Origin: an uncultured delta proteobacterium
GTDB lineage: Bacteria; Myxococcota_A; Polyangia; Polyangiales; Polyangiaceae
Assembly (NCBI GenBank): GCA_963696385.1
Contig: CAVOKF010000004.1
Location: 608,001-672,000 of the forward strand
Length of the DNA stretch: 64,000 nucleotides
Direction of reading: 5' to 3'
Shown here: in pieces, positions 29,113 to 39,471 of the stretch
Layout: each line of letters starts with the position of its first letter
How positions within the stretch are numbered: the first letter of the stretch is position 1
Notes under the pieces: generated by a model
What the model saw: only the letters and a program-made list of their open reading frames with translations
Told to the model about the DNA's origin: nothing
Databases searched by the model: none
Position numbers and translations under genes: made by a program

Positions 29113-29186
29113 CGCCTCGGTACGCGCTCCACGTGGTAAAAGTACCGCTCGTCAAACCGTTTGCACAGTGCGCATCGACCGCTGCA

Positions 29187-30815
29187 TCACTGCAACGACG
29201 GATTGATGCAAAACCGCACGAACTCTCCGACGGTCGTCACCGTCTTGGTTACGGTCTCGGCCGATGCCGGTCCCGCTCGAACGTCACACTGCCATCCGCA
29301 CTGATCGGCCGGATCGCACTTTGGGACGGGGGTCTTGTCTTCAGCAAGACCGGAGACCGGGCCGGCTTCGGACTTCTTTGCGGTGTAATAAGATGCCGCT
29401 GCTGTAAGTTTCGCCCCCAACTCCGGAGATTGCAAAAATGAGTTGAGGACGTCTCGCGGTCGAGGACCCCCTGCCGGATCCATCGCCAGGATGAGCGCCC
29501 CGTAGGTGATGGGCTCGCTCAAAGCCATTTTCACTTTGTCGGTCGCGGGCAGCCGGTGCATGAAATCGGGCACGTCCTTCGTCCCGATGGTCTTGAGGAT
29601 CATGCGCGCGGCGTCGAGCCGAACCTGCCACTTTCGGTCGAAGAGGGGGTAGAGCTTCTGCACGATCATGTCTTTGGGTAGCTCGCCCAGTCGCGCCATG
29701 GCGACGCCACGCAGCCTGTCCGGGTTGGAGTCGTCCCGAACGATGTCGAAGACGACGCTGACTTCGTTGGGAGCGCTTTTGTCGATGCGATTCTCGAGGG
29801 CCGCGAGCGCGTCGGTTCGAATTTTTTCGCTCTTGTCCTTGTCGTGGGCATAAGCCAGGCAGAATTCGACGGCTGGTTTTCCGCCAACGCGCTTGATGTC
29901 GGTGAAAACTCGCTCGAGTTCGCTCTCTTGATACTGCTTCAGCTGTTCGTTGACCTGTTGCGGCGTCGCGTTGATTTTCTGCTTCTGGTTCGCTTCGATC
30001 ACCAGTCCACGTTGCTTGTCCAGCCACTGCGGGGAGTCGATTCGTTTGCCGAGCGCGACGAGCGCTTCGCTTGCCCGCTTCTTGGTGTCGTCGTCACCGA
30101 TGTCGGCGATGAGCGCGCACGCGCGCTCGACCTTGGTCGACGATTCCGTGATGACACTCGGCAGCGTCTTGACGCTCGGTGCGCCGAGAAAACGCATGAT
30201 TTGCTCGACACCGAATTGCTGCGTTCCGTTGTCGATGCGCGACTCGAAATTGGTCTGCACCCACTGCGTCAGCGCCCCTACGAGGGCCGCTTTGGTGGCT
30301 TCGTCACTCACGAGCGGCGGCTCGTGCGAAAGCAAGGCGAAGGCGGCGTCCTTGTAGGGGATGCTTGGGTCGACCGCGATCGCTCCAGTCTCGGCCGAGG
30401 GGACGGGCGGCGGTTGTTGCATGGCCGCGATGAGCTTCGGCGCAATATCGTTTACGATCCGTCGCTGCGCATCCTCGCCGAGCACGGCGAGCGCGCCTTG
30501 AACGCGACCCTGGGGGCTGTCATATCCGACGATCAGGTCCTCGAGGCCGACGCGCTTGCCGTTGCGCGGTCTCATTCGAATGAGGGAGAGCGCCGCTTCA
30601 TCGCGCAGCGGCCAAGCGTATTTGTCGTACGTGACGATCGCGTAGAGCTTTTCGGGCCCGTTCTCGGTCGTCTCCCACCGATGCACGTCCGAATCGCTGA
30701 CGGCGCACCCGGTCGCGTTCCAAGCCAGGGCGCATGAAAAAGCTTGCAAGAGCGTCGCGAACCGGGCTTCCCGGTGCGCCGACCCTGTCGCTACGTCTAC
30801 CCGTCGCTCTCGCAT
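29187..30815 (-). CDS. Large helical-repeat (HEAT-like) lipoprotein
   Basis: ATG 30815; ATG-C lipobox-like site then CAVSDSDVHRW...; helical repeats; C-terminal Cys cluster. Confidence 0.75.
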   Translation of the reverse strand: MRERRVDVATGSAHREARFATLLQAFSCALAWNATGCAVSDSDVHRWETTENGPEKLYAIVTYDKYAWPLRDEAALSLIRMRPRNGKRVGLEDLIVGYDSPQGRVQGALAVLGEDAQRRIVNDIAPKLIAAMQQPPPVPSAETGAIAVDPSIPYKDAAFALLSHEPPLVSDEATKAALVGALTQWVQTNFESRIDNGTQQFGVEQIMRFLGAPSVKTLPSVITESSTKVERACALIADIGDDDTKKRASEALVALGKRIDSPQWLDKQRGLVIEANQKQKINATPQQVNEQLKQYQESELERVFTDIKRVGGKPAVEFCLAYAHDKDKSEKIRTDALAALENRIDKSAPNEVSVVFDIVRDDSNPDRLRGVAMARLGELPKDMIVQKLYPLFDRKWQVRLDAARMILKTIGTKDVPDFMHRLPATDKVKMALSEPITYGALILAMDPAGGPRPRDVLNSFLQSPELGAKLTAAASYYTAKKSEAGPVSGLAEDKTPVPKCDPADQCGWQCDVRAGPASAETVTKTVTTVGEFVRFCINPSLQ

Positions 30816-31000
30816 CGTCGTGCTCGTCTCCTGCCTGCGGGACGTCCGGCCCCTGAATCCGCGCGACATGGCCGGAACGCCGGGACCCGCTCCACTCGGG
30901 TTCGAGATCTTACGCCTGCGTTCGCGCGATCGGAATTGTTTCGGGAAGTTGACGCCCTTTGGCGGCCTGTCGTACCGTCTCGTGTGGGTCCACGTAGGGA

Positions 31001-33709
31001 ATGCCGATGCCGGGCAGTTTCGTGAGCGACCGTGCGTCGCCGCCGGCTCGGCCGGTCGGCCCACCGTCGGTGCTGCCCAGCAACACTCGCATGCCCTCGG
31101 TCCTTGGCCGCGGAGCGGCGGCCTATGGCCGACCGCGTGAAGTCGCGGCGCTCGTCCTCTGGACATGCGCGCTCTTCCTGTCGCTCGCGCTCGCTTCGTA
31201 CCGCGGCGATCCAGCCGGCAGTTCCCTGGCCGGTGCGACGCCCGCGGGGGGAGATTGGGTCGGTCCGGTGGGGGCCGCATGCGCACGGGAGCTCGTGTCG
31301 CTCGTCGGGCTCGTGTGCTGGGGCCTTCCCCTGGAGCTGATGCTGCTCGGAATCCCTCTGGTTCGCGGTCGTGTCAGCCCGGCCACGTCGGGTCGGATCG
31401 CCGGCGACCTCTTGATTGCAGTCGTTGCGTCCGCGCTCATTCAGGTCGGAAGCCCGGGTCGCACAGCGTTCGGCACGCACCCGGCGAGTGGCGCCGTCGG
31501 CGAGATCTTCGGTGAGCTGGCGCGTTCCCTGTTTTCGACGGCTGGTTCGTTCTTGGTTGGGTTCGCATGCCTCGGCTTGATTCTTATCGGTCGAGCGGCG
31601 TTTTCGTTCATCGCGTTCGCCCGGCTGCTCGCGCGCATGGCGTCCCGCACCGCCGTCTGGGGAGCGGGTACGGCCCGCGCCCTGGCGCACGCGTGGCGGC
31701 AGGCGCGCGTCCTGGAGCGCGAGCGCAGGGAACGCGAACGTGCCGAAAGCGAACCGCACATCGATACTTCGGCGAAAGACGATGCTGTGGTCGCGGCGCT
31801 GCCACTCGACGCGGACGAAGGCTTGGTCGAGGCGCTGGTCGAACCCTTGTCCAAGAAGAAATGCCATAGACCCAGGATCGATGAGGTCGTCGAGCAGCCG
31901 GTCGCGGAGTGGTTGGCGCCCAGCACGCTGATGGAATCCGGGACTGGCGAGAATGATTCGTCGCAGGCGGTTTTGGCCGATCGGGTGCCCGCTTTCCCTG
32001 CCGCCCTCGCGCCGCCCTCCGCGTCGGTCGAGTCGCCGCCCGACGGGCCCATCCGCGACGGGGAGTCGGCCGCCCCCGTCGTTCCCGCCGAAGCGAAGCC
32101 GAAGCGCCCCCGCAAGTCTCCGACAATCGTCGATACGTCGTCGGCGCTCGCCAAGGAAGCGGCCCCGGAGGAGGTTCGCCGTACAGGCCCGGCGTCGTTC
32201 GAGCTTCCGAGCGTCGAGATGCTCGTGGCGGAGAAGATCGAACCGAGCCTCGCGATCGATCGCGAGAAGCTGCTCGCGAACGCGCAGAAGCTCATCGAGA
32301 CGCTCGCGCACTACGGCGTGCAGGGCAAAGTCGAGGACATCCTGCCGGGTCCCACTGTGACGACCTACGAGGTCTCGCCGGCTGCCGGCACGAAGGTCTC
32401 GAAGGTCGCAGGCCTTGCGGACGACCTCGCACTCGCTCTCGCGCGCAAAGTGCGCATCGTCGCGCCGATCCCGGGCAAGAATCGCATCGGCTTCGAGTTG
32501 CCCAACGATCGACGCGTGAAGGTGGTGTTGCGCGACCTGATCGAAGACCGTCGTTTCCAGGCCTTGGAGGTTCCGTTGCCCGTCGTGCTCGGGCGCGACA
32601 TCTTGGGCAACCCCGTCTACGCGGATCTGGCGAGCATGCCCCACGTGATCGTCGCAGGTGCGACGGGAGCCGGAAAGAGCGTCGGCCTCAACGTCATGCT
32701 TCTTTCGCTGCTCTACCGGCGGTCGCCGGACGAGCTGCGGTTGTTGATGATCGACCCGAAGGTCGTCGAGCTGGCGCCCTTCGATCGAATCCCTCACATG
32801 CTCTTGCCGGTAGTCACCGATATGAAACAGGCAGCCACGGCCCTGAAATGGGCCGTCGACGAGATGGAGCGCCGGTACCAGCTTTTCGCCGATGCAGGAA
32901 CGAAGAACGTGGCGACCTACAATGCGTGGGTTGGGCGGGTCGTTCGTGGCGAGATCAAGAACCCCAACGGCCGGGTCGTGATGGCCAAGGATCACAATGG
33001 GCTGCCCGACGTGATCCCGGCAGAACGTGGGGCTGAAGAAGGCAGCCGGCCGTTGCCCGAAAAGCTGCCCTGGGTCGTCGTCGTCGTCGACGAGTTCGCC
33101 GACCTGATGATGCAGCAAGGAAAGGAAGTCGAGACGGCGGTCGCGAGGATCGCTCAGAAGGCGCGGGCGGCCGGAATGCACGTCATCCTCGCAACGCAGC
33201 GGCCGAGCACGGACGTCATTACGGGCACCATCAAGGCAAACTTCCCGACGCGCATCGCCTACCGAGTGGCTCAGAAGGTCGACTCTCGAACCATCCTCGA
33301 CGAACAGGGGGCCGAGCACCTCTTGGGAATGGGCGACATGCTCATCAAGCTCAATGGGACGGGAGAGACGAAACGCGTGCAGTGTCCGTGGGTCAGCGAA
33401 GAGGAGGTTCAGCGCGTGGCTGACTTCCTCCGCACCCAGGGCGAGCCCGTCTACGACGATAACATCCTAAAGCCTCGCGAAGACGAGGACGGCGACGCGG
33501 ACGAAGCCGATGCCGAGCAGGATCCTCTGTACGACGACGCGGTTCGCATTGTGGCGGAGACGAGGCGGTGCTCGACCTCGTGGCTTCAGCGCAAGCTGGG
33601 CCTCGGCTACAACCGCGCCGCACGCATCGTGGAAATGATGGAGCGGCGCGGACTGGTCGGCGCGGCCAACGGCGCGAAGGACCGAGAGGTTCTGGTCGAC
33701 CCGATTTGA
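31001..33709 (+). CDS. ftsK: DNA translocase FtsK
   Basis: N-terminal TM domain, GATGAGKS, IDPK, DEFADLM, ATQRPS, gamma domain LQRKLGLGYNRAARI; true start may be 31091. Confidence 0.97.
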   Translation: MPMPGSFVSDRASPPARPVGPPSVLPSNTRMPSVLGRGAAAYGRPREVAALVLWTCALFLSLALASYRGDPAGSSLAGATPAGGDWVGPVGAACARELVSLVGLVCWGLPLELMLLGIPLVRGRVSPATSGRIAGDLLIAVVASALIQVGSPGRTAFGTHPASGAVGEIFGELARSLFSTAGSFLVGFACLGLILIGRAAFSFIAFARLLARMASRTAVWGAGTARALAHAWRQARVLERERRERERAESEPHIDTSAKDDAVVAALPLDADEGLVEALVEPLSKKKCHRPRIDEVVEQPVAEWLAPSTLMESGTGENDSSQAVLADRVPAFPAALAPPSASVESPPDGPIRDGESAAPVVPAEAKPKRPRKSPTIVDTSSALAKEAAPEEVRRTGPASFELPSVEMLVAEKIEPSLAIDREKLLANAQKLIETLAHYGVQGKVEDILPGPTVTTYEVSPAAGTKVSKVAGLADDLALALARKVRIVAPIPGKNRIGFELPNDRRVKVVLRDLIEDRRFQALEVPLPVVLGRDILGNPVYADLASMPHVIVAGATGAGKSVGLNVMLLSLLYRRSPDELRLLMIDPKVVELAPFDRIPHMLLPVVTDMKQAATALKWAVDEMERRYQLFADAGTKNVATYNAWVGRVVRGEIKNPNGRVVMAKDHNGLPDVIPAERGAEEGSRPLPEKLPWVVVVVDEFADLMMQQGKEVETAVARIAQKARAAGMHVILATQRPSTDVITGTIKANFPTRIAYRVAQKVDSRTILDEQGAEHLLGMGDMLIKLNGTGETKRVQCPWVSEEEVQRVADFLRTQGEPVYDDNILKPREDEDGDADEADAEQDPLYDDAVRIVAETRRCSTSWLQRKLGLGYNRAARIVEMMERRGLVGAANGAKDREVLVDPI

Positions 33710-33928
33710 TGGCAGGGCGGTCTGCTCCTAGGCCCCCACCTCGGCCCCCGCCCGACCTCGCGCTTGGGGGACGGCGTCGTTTCGGGCCCCTTCGGGGGGC
33801 CGGCTTGCGGGATCTCGCCAGCATATCGCCCCGGGAAACTCGACGAACGCCCGAGCCGGGCTATGCTTTGCGCGCAATTGGCCCAGACTGAACGAAGAAC
33901 GGCGTGCGCCGAAGACACGGCTGACTCG

Positions 33929-34246
33929 ATGGAGGATGGACACGAATCGGAAGACCGGTCCGGGGTCACGTCGAGTACCGCCTGGGGACTCCATCGGGCG
34001 CAAGCCTCTGCCTCGAACTCTCAGGAATCCCGACTTCCGGACGAAGCCGAGCGCACGCGCTTGATCGCGGACCTCACCCGTCTGATTCGTGTGCCTTGCG
34101 TGCCCGAGTTGACGCGCCTTGCAGGGTTGACGCTCATCGGCTGGCTGGCGCGGCGGCGCTCGGACGAGACGCCGCACGCTTTGGGCATCGAAGAGGCCCG
34201 CGAGTCAGAAAGCCGCACGCGATCGGCGCGCATCAAGTCGCGCTAG
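33929..34246 (+). CDS. Hypothetical protein
   Basis: 3' part of ORF 33764..34246; ERTRLIADLTRLIRVP...GLTLIGWLARR looks coding; TATGCT -10 at 33862. Confidence 0.55.
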   Translation: MEDGHESEDRSGVTSSTAWGLHRAQASASNSQESRLPDEAERTRLIADLTRLIRVPCVPELTRLAGLTLIGWLARRRSDETPHALGIEEARESESRTRSARIKSR

Positions 34247-34256
34247 GAGGCGACTC

Positions 34257-35528
34257 GTGCGGCGCGTGCCGGTCCTCGTGGTCGCGGTGCTTGTGGCGGT
34301 TGTATTCGTGGGCGCCGCGCGCAAATTCGTGCTTCGGTTGTGCCCGGCGTTGCGGACTGCTTCCGCGCCACCTGAGCCGCCCGGATTCGATCGCCCGGTG
34401 CCCGTGCGTCGAACGGGTCTCGGCGCCGGGACTCCTCCGCTCGGTGTGGCCGGTAACCGGGGCGCCCGGACGTTGCATGGAGACGCGCGTCGCGCAGGTC
34501 GCGCAGCGGGTTCGGCTCCACGAAGCCTCCCCTCGACGGCGTGGTCACGCGATGTGGGTGGCCCTGTAGAGGCTCAGATCACGACTTCGCCCGATGAGGC
34601 GACTCTCTACGTCGTGACGTTGGGAGGATCGCTCACCGCGCTTGCGGCGGACGACGGCGCCGTTCGCTTCAGCCTTGGGGTTGGTGATCGCGGGTACGGC
34701 GCACCCTGCGTCGCGAACGACGGGACGCTCTTTGTCGGCAGTGACGCAAAGCGGTTCTTCTCCGTCTCGCCCGACGGTCGAGTGAAGTGGTCTCTTGACA
34801 CCGACGGCGACGCCGATACCGCTGCCGCGATCGCACCCGACGGCAGCATCGTGTTTGCCGCGGGACGAATGCTTTATGACGTAACGCGCGAGGGGCAGGT
34901 GAAATGGCGCTTTGCCGCAAAGCGCAAAATCTTCACCGCTCCGGCGGTTGATTCGAGCGGCAAGGTATTTTTCGGGTCTCAGGACCACCAGGCGTACGCG
35001 CTTTCATCCGATGGGCGTCTGGTCTGGACTACCGATCTGGCATCGGACGTAGATGGGGCCCCAGCCATCGCCGACGACGGGTCTGTCTTCATGGGAACCG
35101 ACGGAGGCGAGGTCGTACGTTTGAACCCGGATGACGGAGCCGTCGCGTGGCGCGCGGCCGTGGGGGGCTACGTGCGAGGTACTCTGTCGATCGCGCGTAA
35201 CAGCGACGTCCTCGCCGGCGTGTACGGGCCGACGCCGCGCACTGTGCGATTGCGCGCGGGCGACGGAGTGCTGCTCGGCGATCTGTCCATTCAGGGGACC
35301 GGCGCGCGCGATTTTGGCGTTCACGGAGGTCCGCTCGAGGACGACAACGGTACCTTGCTCTTCGGCACCCAGGACGACAACGTGTACGCCATCGACGCAA
35401 GCGGTGGCCTGCTGTGGCGCTTCACGACGGGTGGAGACGTCGACGCGCCCATCACGCTTCTGAGCGATGGCACCGTCGTCGTGGGTTCCGATGACGGTTG
35501 GGTTCGTGCGCTACGCGCCTCTCGATGA
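34257..35528 (+). CDS. PQQ-like (BamB-type) beta-propeller protein
   Basis: Repeated P....DG....GS.D...YA....G...W.F blades; N-terminal hydrophobic anchor; GGAGG RBS. Confidence 0.9.
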   Translation: MRRVPVLVVAVLVAVVFVGAARKFVLRLCPALRTASAPPEPPGFDRPVPVRRTGLGAGTPPLGVAGNRGARTLHGDARRAGRAAGSAPRSLPSTAWSRDVGGPVEAQITTSPDEATLYVVTLGGSLTALAADDGAVRFSLGVGDRGYGAPCVANDGTLFVGSDAKRFFSVSPDGRVKWSLDTDGDADTAAAIAPDGSIVFAAGRMLYDVTREGQVKWRFAAKRKIFTAPAVDSSGKVFFGSQDHQAYALSSDGRLVWTTDLASDVDGAPAIADDGSVFMGTDGGEVVRLNPDDGAVAWRAAVGGYVRGTLSIARNSDVLAGVYGPTPRTVRLRAGDGVLLGDLSIQGTGARDFGVHGGPLEDDNGTLLFGTQDDNVYAIDASGGLLWRFTTGGDVDAPITLLSDGTVVVGSDDGWVRALRASR

Positions 35529-37039
35529 TGCCGTGCCCCAAGGATGCTGCACGGGGGCGCCCCGTGATACCTCTAGGGGCGGCAATGGCCGGCATACCGC
35601 TCGCGATCGACACGGACAGCGAAGACGTGGCCTGGGCTCTTCAGACGGCAGACGCGTTGTGGAGGCGTGAGGAGCGGCTCGACGCGGTCGTGTGGCTGCG
35701 TCGGGCGGCGCAAGCGGCCAGCGATGCCGAGGACGACGACCGCGCACTGATGCTGGCACGCAACGCGGCTGAACTGGTCGAGTGGGTGACGAGGGAACCG
35801 GCGCGCAACGCGGTCGTTCCCGACGCGCCGACGCGGTCGCAGACCGACGACGCGCTGGGTCCCAGCGACGTCAATCGCGACGACGAGATCACATCGCCCC
35901 ATGTCGGGGTCGGGTCGGTTCCCCCCGCGGCGGGACCAACGGCCGCGCCACTGCGCCCGCCGCATCCGGCGGTCCCGGGCCTCTCGTCCACGCTCCCTCT
36001 GCAGATGACGTCGCTGGTTCCAACCCTTCGGGCGCCGAGCCGTTCGCCCTCTCTGCCACCTTCGTTGCGCCCGACGCGCGTGCCCGCGGCGCCCACGCCG
36101 AGCCCGGAGAGCGCTCCTGTCCTCACGGCCGCCGAGGCGCACGCGGGGCTGCTGGACCCCTGGGCGGACGGCGAGAGTTTTCGGGCGGCCCGGGGATCCG
36201 CTTCGGCCGAAGTGCGGGATCGCGCCCCCTTGCCGAGGCCTTCGCGTCGGCCGCCGCGCGAAACCGACGAAGTCGTCACGAGCGCTCCGCCTGTCGCTCG
36301 CGGCGAATTGGCCAACGTAGTGGCCTTGCGTCCGTGGCCCGAGGAGGTGCTCCGCTCTCTCGCGCGTGACGCCACCGTCCGGAGGCTCGGGCGCGACGAA
36401 GAGGTGTCGGGGTTCGCGCTTGCCGTCGTGCTCGAAGGCAGCGTCGATGTGGCCGCCACCATCGTCGACGCAGCGGCCGAGCGCCTGCACGCCGGCGCGG
36501 TGCTGCGCGGTCGGGGCACAATCGATGCGATTGCTCCCCTGCGGCTCATCGCCTGCGTCGACGAGGCTCGAGTGGCGACATGGAACGAGCGACACGTCGC
36601 GGATGCATTCCGCTCCAATGCGCCGCTCGAACGCGAGCTGCGCGGGGCAGGCAATCGCGTTCAGGCGCTCGTCGGGGTGACACTCGGACCGCTCGGCGAT
36701 CGCCTGGATTCGGCGTTGCGGACCGAGGTGACGAATCGACTGCGACTCAGGTTTATCGCGGAGAACGAGATACTCGCGAAGGCCGGCGAACCGATTCCCG
36801 GCTTCGTCGTCGTAGGCACGGGAGAACTCGAGCTTTTCGGGCGATCCGGCGCTGCGCAGGGCATCCCGTTGAGGTCGGGCGATTTTCTCTTTCCGACGGA
36901 GGTCTTGAGAGCCGCGCCAGCCCCGACGTCCGTCCGAGGGGCCAAGGGCGGCTCGCTCATTCTTGTCGCGGACCGGGCGGCTGCTCAGGAGCTCCTCGTG
37001 ACCTGTCCGCCGCTGCTCGAGATCTTCGCCGGCTCCTGA
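35525..37039 (+). CDS. Protein with Pro-rich linker and two degenerate cyclic-nucleotide-binding-like domains
   Basis: VVLEGSVDV, VVGTGELEL and LRSGDFL motifs; start 35525 or 35586. Confidence 0.65.
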   Translation: MMPCPKDAARGRPVIPLGAAMAGIPLAIDTDSEDVAWALQTADALWRREERLDAVVWLRRAAQAASDAEDDDRALMLARNAAELVEWVTREPARNAVVPDAPTRSQTDDALGPSDVNRDDEITSPHVGVGSVPPAAGPTAAPLRPPHPAVPGLSSTLPLQMTSLVPTLRAPSRSPSLPPSLRPTRVPAAPTPSPESAPVLTAAEAHAGLLDPWADGESFRAARGSASAEVRDRAPLPRPSRRPPRETDEVVTSAPPVARGELANVVALRPWPEEVLRSLARDATVRRLGRDEEVSGFALAVVLEGSVDVAATIVDAAAERLHAGAVLRGRGTIDAIAPLRLIACVDEARVATWNERHVADAFRSNAPLERELRGAGNRVQALVGVTLGPLGDRLDSALRTEVTNRLRLRFIAENEILAKAGEPIPGFVVVGTGELELFGRSGAAQGIPLRSGDFLFPTEVLRAAPAPTSVRGAKGGSLILVADRAAAQELLVTCPPLLEIFAGS

Positions 37040-37045
37040 GGAGGT

Positions 37046-37732
37046 TCACCCGCCGGGCGCAGAGGTCGCCGGGGAGTCCGTCGCGCCGTCAGAACGAGGT
37101 TCGAGGCGCCATACGAGCTCCTCGTTGCCCTCGGCGCCGGCGAATCGTAGGCCGAACCATTTCGCTGCGCGAGCGATGGTGGGGCGTCCATCGCTCGTCG
37201 TCCGGGGAAAGCGAATGCGAAACGCGCGGCGCCAAACGGTCGTGTAAGGAAAATAGCGTTCCTCGAGCGGTCCCGGCTTGGCGATCAACTCAATCTTCTC
37301 GGGCGCCGTCTCATCGCCCTGATCGTCGATGAGCCGAACGATCCAGGCACTCTCCGGGCGACTCAAATCGACCCAGCGCCACCTCGTTCCGTAAAGCGCG
37401 ACGTAAAACTCGTGAGTGTCAAGCGTTTCCCGCAGCGTCCGATCGAGCAGGGCTCGGCGCTGTTCGACGGTGAGACGGTAGTCGGCCGCATACCGGACGA
37501 CGTACGCCCATCGGAAGTCCCAGGACTCAAACGTCGCGGTAACCGCCAATGTGTGCTCGAGCTCGGTAAAGACGATGAGGTTTTCTTCGCGCGTCCAAAG
37601 CTTGAGCACATGCTGGTAGTCGCTCGGAACGTATTCGCGGGGCCCGGTGGCGAGCGACACGCGCGACTCCGCGCATGCGGACAGGCCGAACCCAAGGACA
37701 GGCGCAAAAAGGGAGGCGCGCAGCCAGCGCAT
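37046..37732 (-). CDS. Hypothetical lipoprotein
   Basis: MRWLRASLFAPVLGFGLSA-C lipobox. Confidence 0.75.
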   Translation of the reverse strand: MRWLRASLFAPVLGFGLSACAESRVSLATGPREYVPSDYQHVLKLWTREENLIVFTELEHTLAVTATFESWDFRWAYVVRYAADYRLTVEQRRALLDRTLRETLDTHEFYVALYGTRWRWVDLSRPESAWIVRLIDDQGDETAPEKIELIAKPGPLEERYFPYTTVWRRAFRIRFPRTTSDGRPTIARAAKWFGLRFAGAEGNEELVWRLEPRSDGATDSPATSAPGG

Positions 37733-37863
37733 GGTGCGCGCGCAGCCTAGCTCAACGGCCGACGGCTTCGATACGTCGCGAGCGCGCCGGTGCGGCCGGG
37801 AGCGCGAGGATTCCGAGTTGCCCTGTACGTCCGGATTTCGCTCTGGCATAGTTTGCGGCCCTC

Positions 37864-39366
37864 ATGACAATCGATATCCAAGTCCGGACGGAATCACCGA
37901 CGGATCTCGTAGCCGATTTGCTCGTCGTCGGCGTGGTGGAGGGCGGAGGCAAAGCGGGAGCGATGCCTGGGCCGGTCAAGGCGATCGACGCCGCGCTCGG
38001 GGGGGCGCTCGCCAGGGCCATCGCCAAGGACGAATTCGCGGGCAAGCGGGATCAAAGCGTGGCACTCGCGACGCTCGGAAAAATCGGAGCGGAAAAGGTC
38101 CTCATTTTGGGGCTCGGTCCCAAGAAATCGATGGGGCCCGCCGAGGTGCGCACATTTGCGGCCAAGGCCGCGCGTGCCGCGAATAACGAAAAAGCCGTGT
38201 CGCTCGCGCTGGTCATGCCGGCGGGATTCGAAGAGGAGCTGCGGTTCGTCGCCGAAGGGATCGAACTCGGCGCGTATCGGTTCACCAAGTACCTCACCGG
38301 GGACCGCAAGCCCAAGGCCGAGCTCTCGAGCGTCCTCGTGGCGGTGCCCGAAAAAGTCAGTGCAAAGGCTAAAGCTGCGGTCTCGCTCGGGCGGAGCGTC
38401 GCGGCTGCAGTCAATCTTGCGCGCGACCTGAGCAACGAGCCGCCCAACGTCATTTACCCGGAAACGCTCGCGCGTGCCGCGCAGCACGTCGCAAAGGAGC
38501 ACGGCCTGAAGGCGGAAGTGTTCGATTTCCCCGAGATCCGACGGCGCGGAATGAAATTGATCGAAGCTGTCGGCCGGGGAAGTTCTCGAGAGCCGCGTCT
38601 CATCCACATCGCATGGACCCCGAAGGGGGCGACCCGGAATCTCGTTTTTGTCGGGAAGGGCATCACCTTCGATAGCGGGGGTCTCAGCATCAAGCCGGCC
38701 GCCGGTATGGGTGAAATGAAGCATGACATGAGCGGCGCAGCCAACGTCATCGCACTGATGGCGGCCGTGGCGGCCGTGAGGCCGAAGGTCGAGGTGCACG
38801 CGATCGCCGCGTGCGCCGAAAACATGCCCGACGGCAACGCTTATCGTCCAGGCGATATCTGGGGATCTCTCGAAGGAAAGACGGTCGAAATCATCAATAC
38901 CGACGCGGAAGGCCGGCTCGTTCTCGCCGACGCGCTGGCGTACGCGCGCACGCTCTCCCCGGACGTGATCGTCGACAACGCGACACTGACCGGTGCATGC
39001 GTCGTTGCGCTCGGCAACACCTGCTCCGGTTGGTACGCGAACGACGAGGAGGTAGCGGCGGAGTTCGCAGCGGCTCAGAGGCAGTCGGGCGAGGTCATGT
39101 GGCGAATGCCGATTCTCGAAGACCTGCGCGAGCAACTCAAGAGCGACGTTGCCGACGTCAAACAGACGGGAGACCGGTACGGGGGGTCGATCACCGCCAC
39201 GCTGTTCTTGCGCGAGTTCGTCGGCGACGTTCGATGGGTCCATTGCGACATCGCGGGCCCATCATCCGTGGATCGACCGATCGCGTGGATGCAGAGCAAG
39301 GGGGCCACGGGCCACGGAGTGCTCACCTTCCTCGCCATGATCGAGAGGTCCGTGCAACACCAATGA
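37864..39366 (+). CDS. pepA: Leucyl aminopeptidase (M17)
   Basis: VGKGITFDSGG, MKHDMSGAA, NTDAEGRL, ATLTGA motifs. Confidence 0.97.
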   Translation: MTIDIQVRTESPTDLVADLLVVGVVEGGGKAGAMPGPVKAIDAALGGALARAIAKDEFAGKRDQSVALATLGKIGAEKVLILGLGPKKSMGPAEVRTFAAKAARAANNEKAVSLALVMPAGFEEELRFVAEGIELGAYRFTKYLTGDRKPKAELSSVLVAVPEKVSAKAKAAVSLGRSVAAAVNLARDLSNEPPNVIYPETLARAAQHVAKEHGLKAEVFDFPEIRRRGMKLIEAVGRGSSREPRLIHIAWTPKGATRNLVFVGKGITFDSGGLSIKPAAGMGEMKHDMSGAANVIALMAAVAAVRPKVEVHAIAACAENMPDGNAYRPGDIWGSLEGKTVEIINTDAEGRLVLADALAYARTLSPDVIVDNATLTGACVVALGNTCSGWYANDEEVAAEFAAAQRQSGEVMWRMPILEDLREQLKSDVADVKQTGDRYGGSITATLFLREFVGDVRWVHCDIAGPSSVDRPIAWMQSKGATGHGVLTFLAMIERSVQHQ

Positions 39367-39471
39367 GGCTGCCCGCGGCCTTGCCATCGAAGCACCCTAT
39401 TGGGCATTGACGCCGGGGATCCCCGGCGTCGGCGGAGCGCGTGGGGCGGGGGCGTGCTAGGCGTCGGCGTG

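Noticed and set aside
30797..33319. 840-aa minus-strand ORF (and similar long ORFs at 615-1229, 37894-39243, 53072-54373)
   Set aside because: Antisense shadows of ftsK, recA, pepA and the VWA gene, expected with high-GC codon bias; no motifs
33720..33812. GC-rich hairpins after ftsK as an ncRNA or third copy of the element
   Set aside because: No TAC...GTA arms or similarity to the element, no U-tract; likely incidental GC pairing
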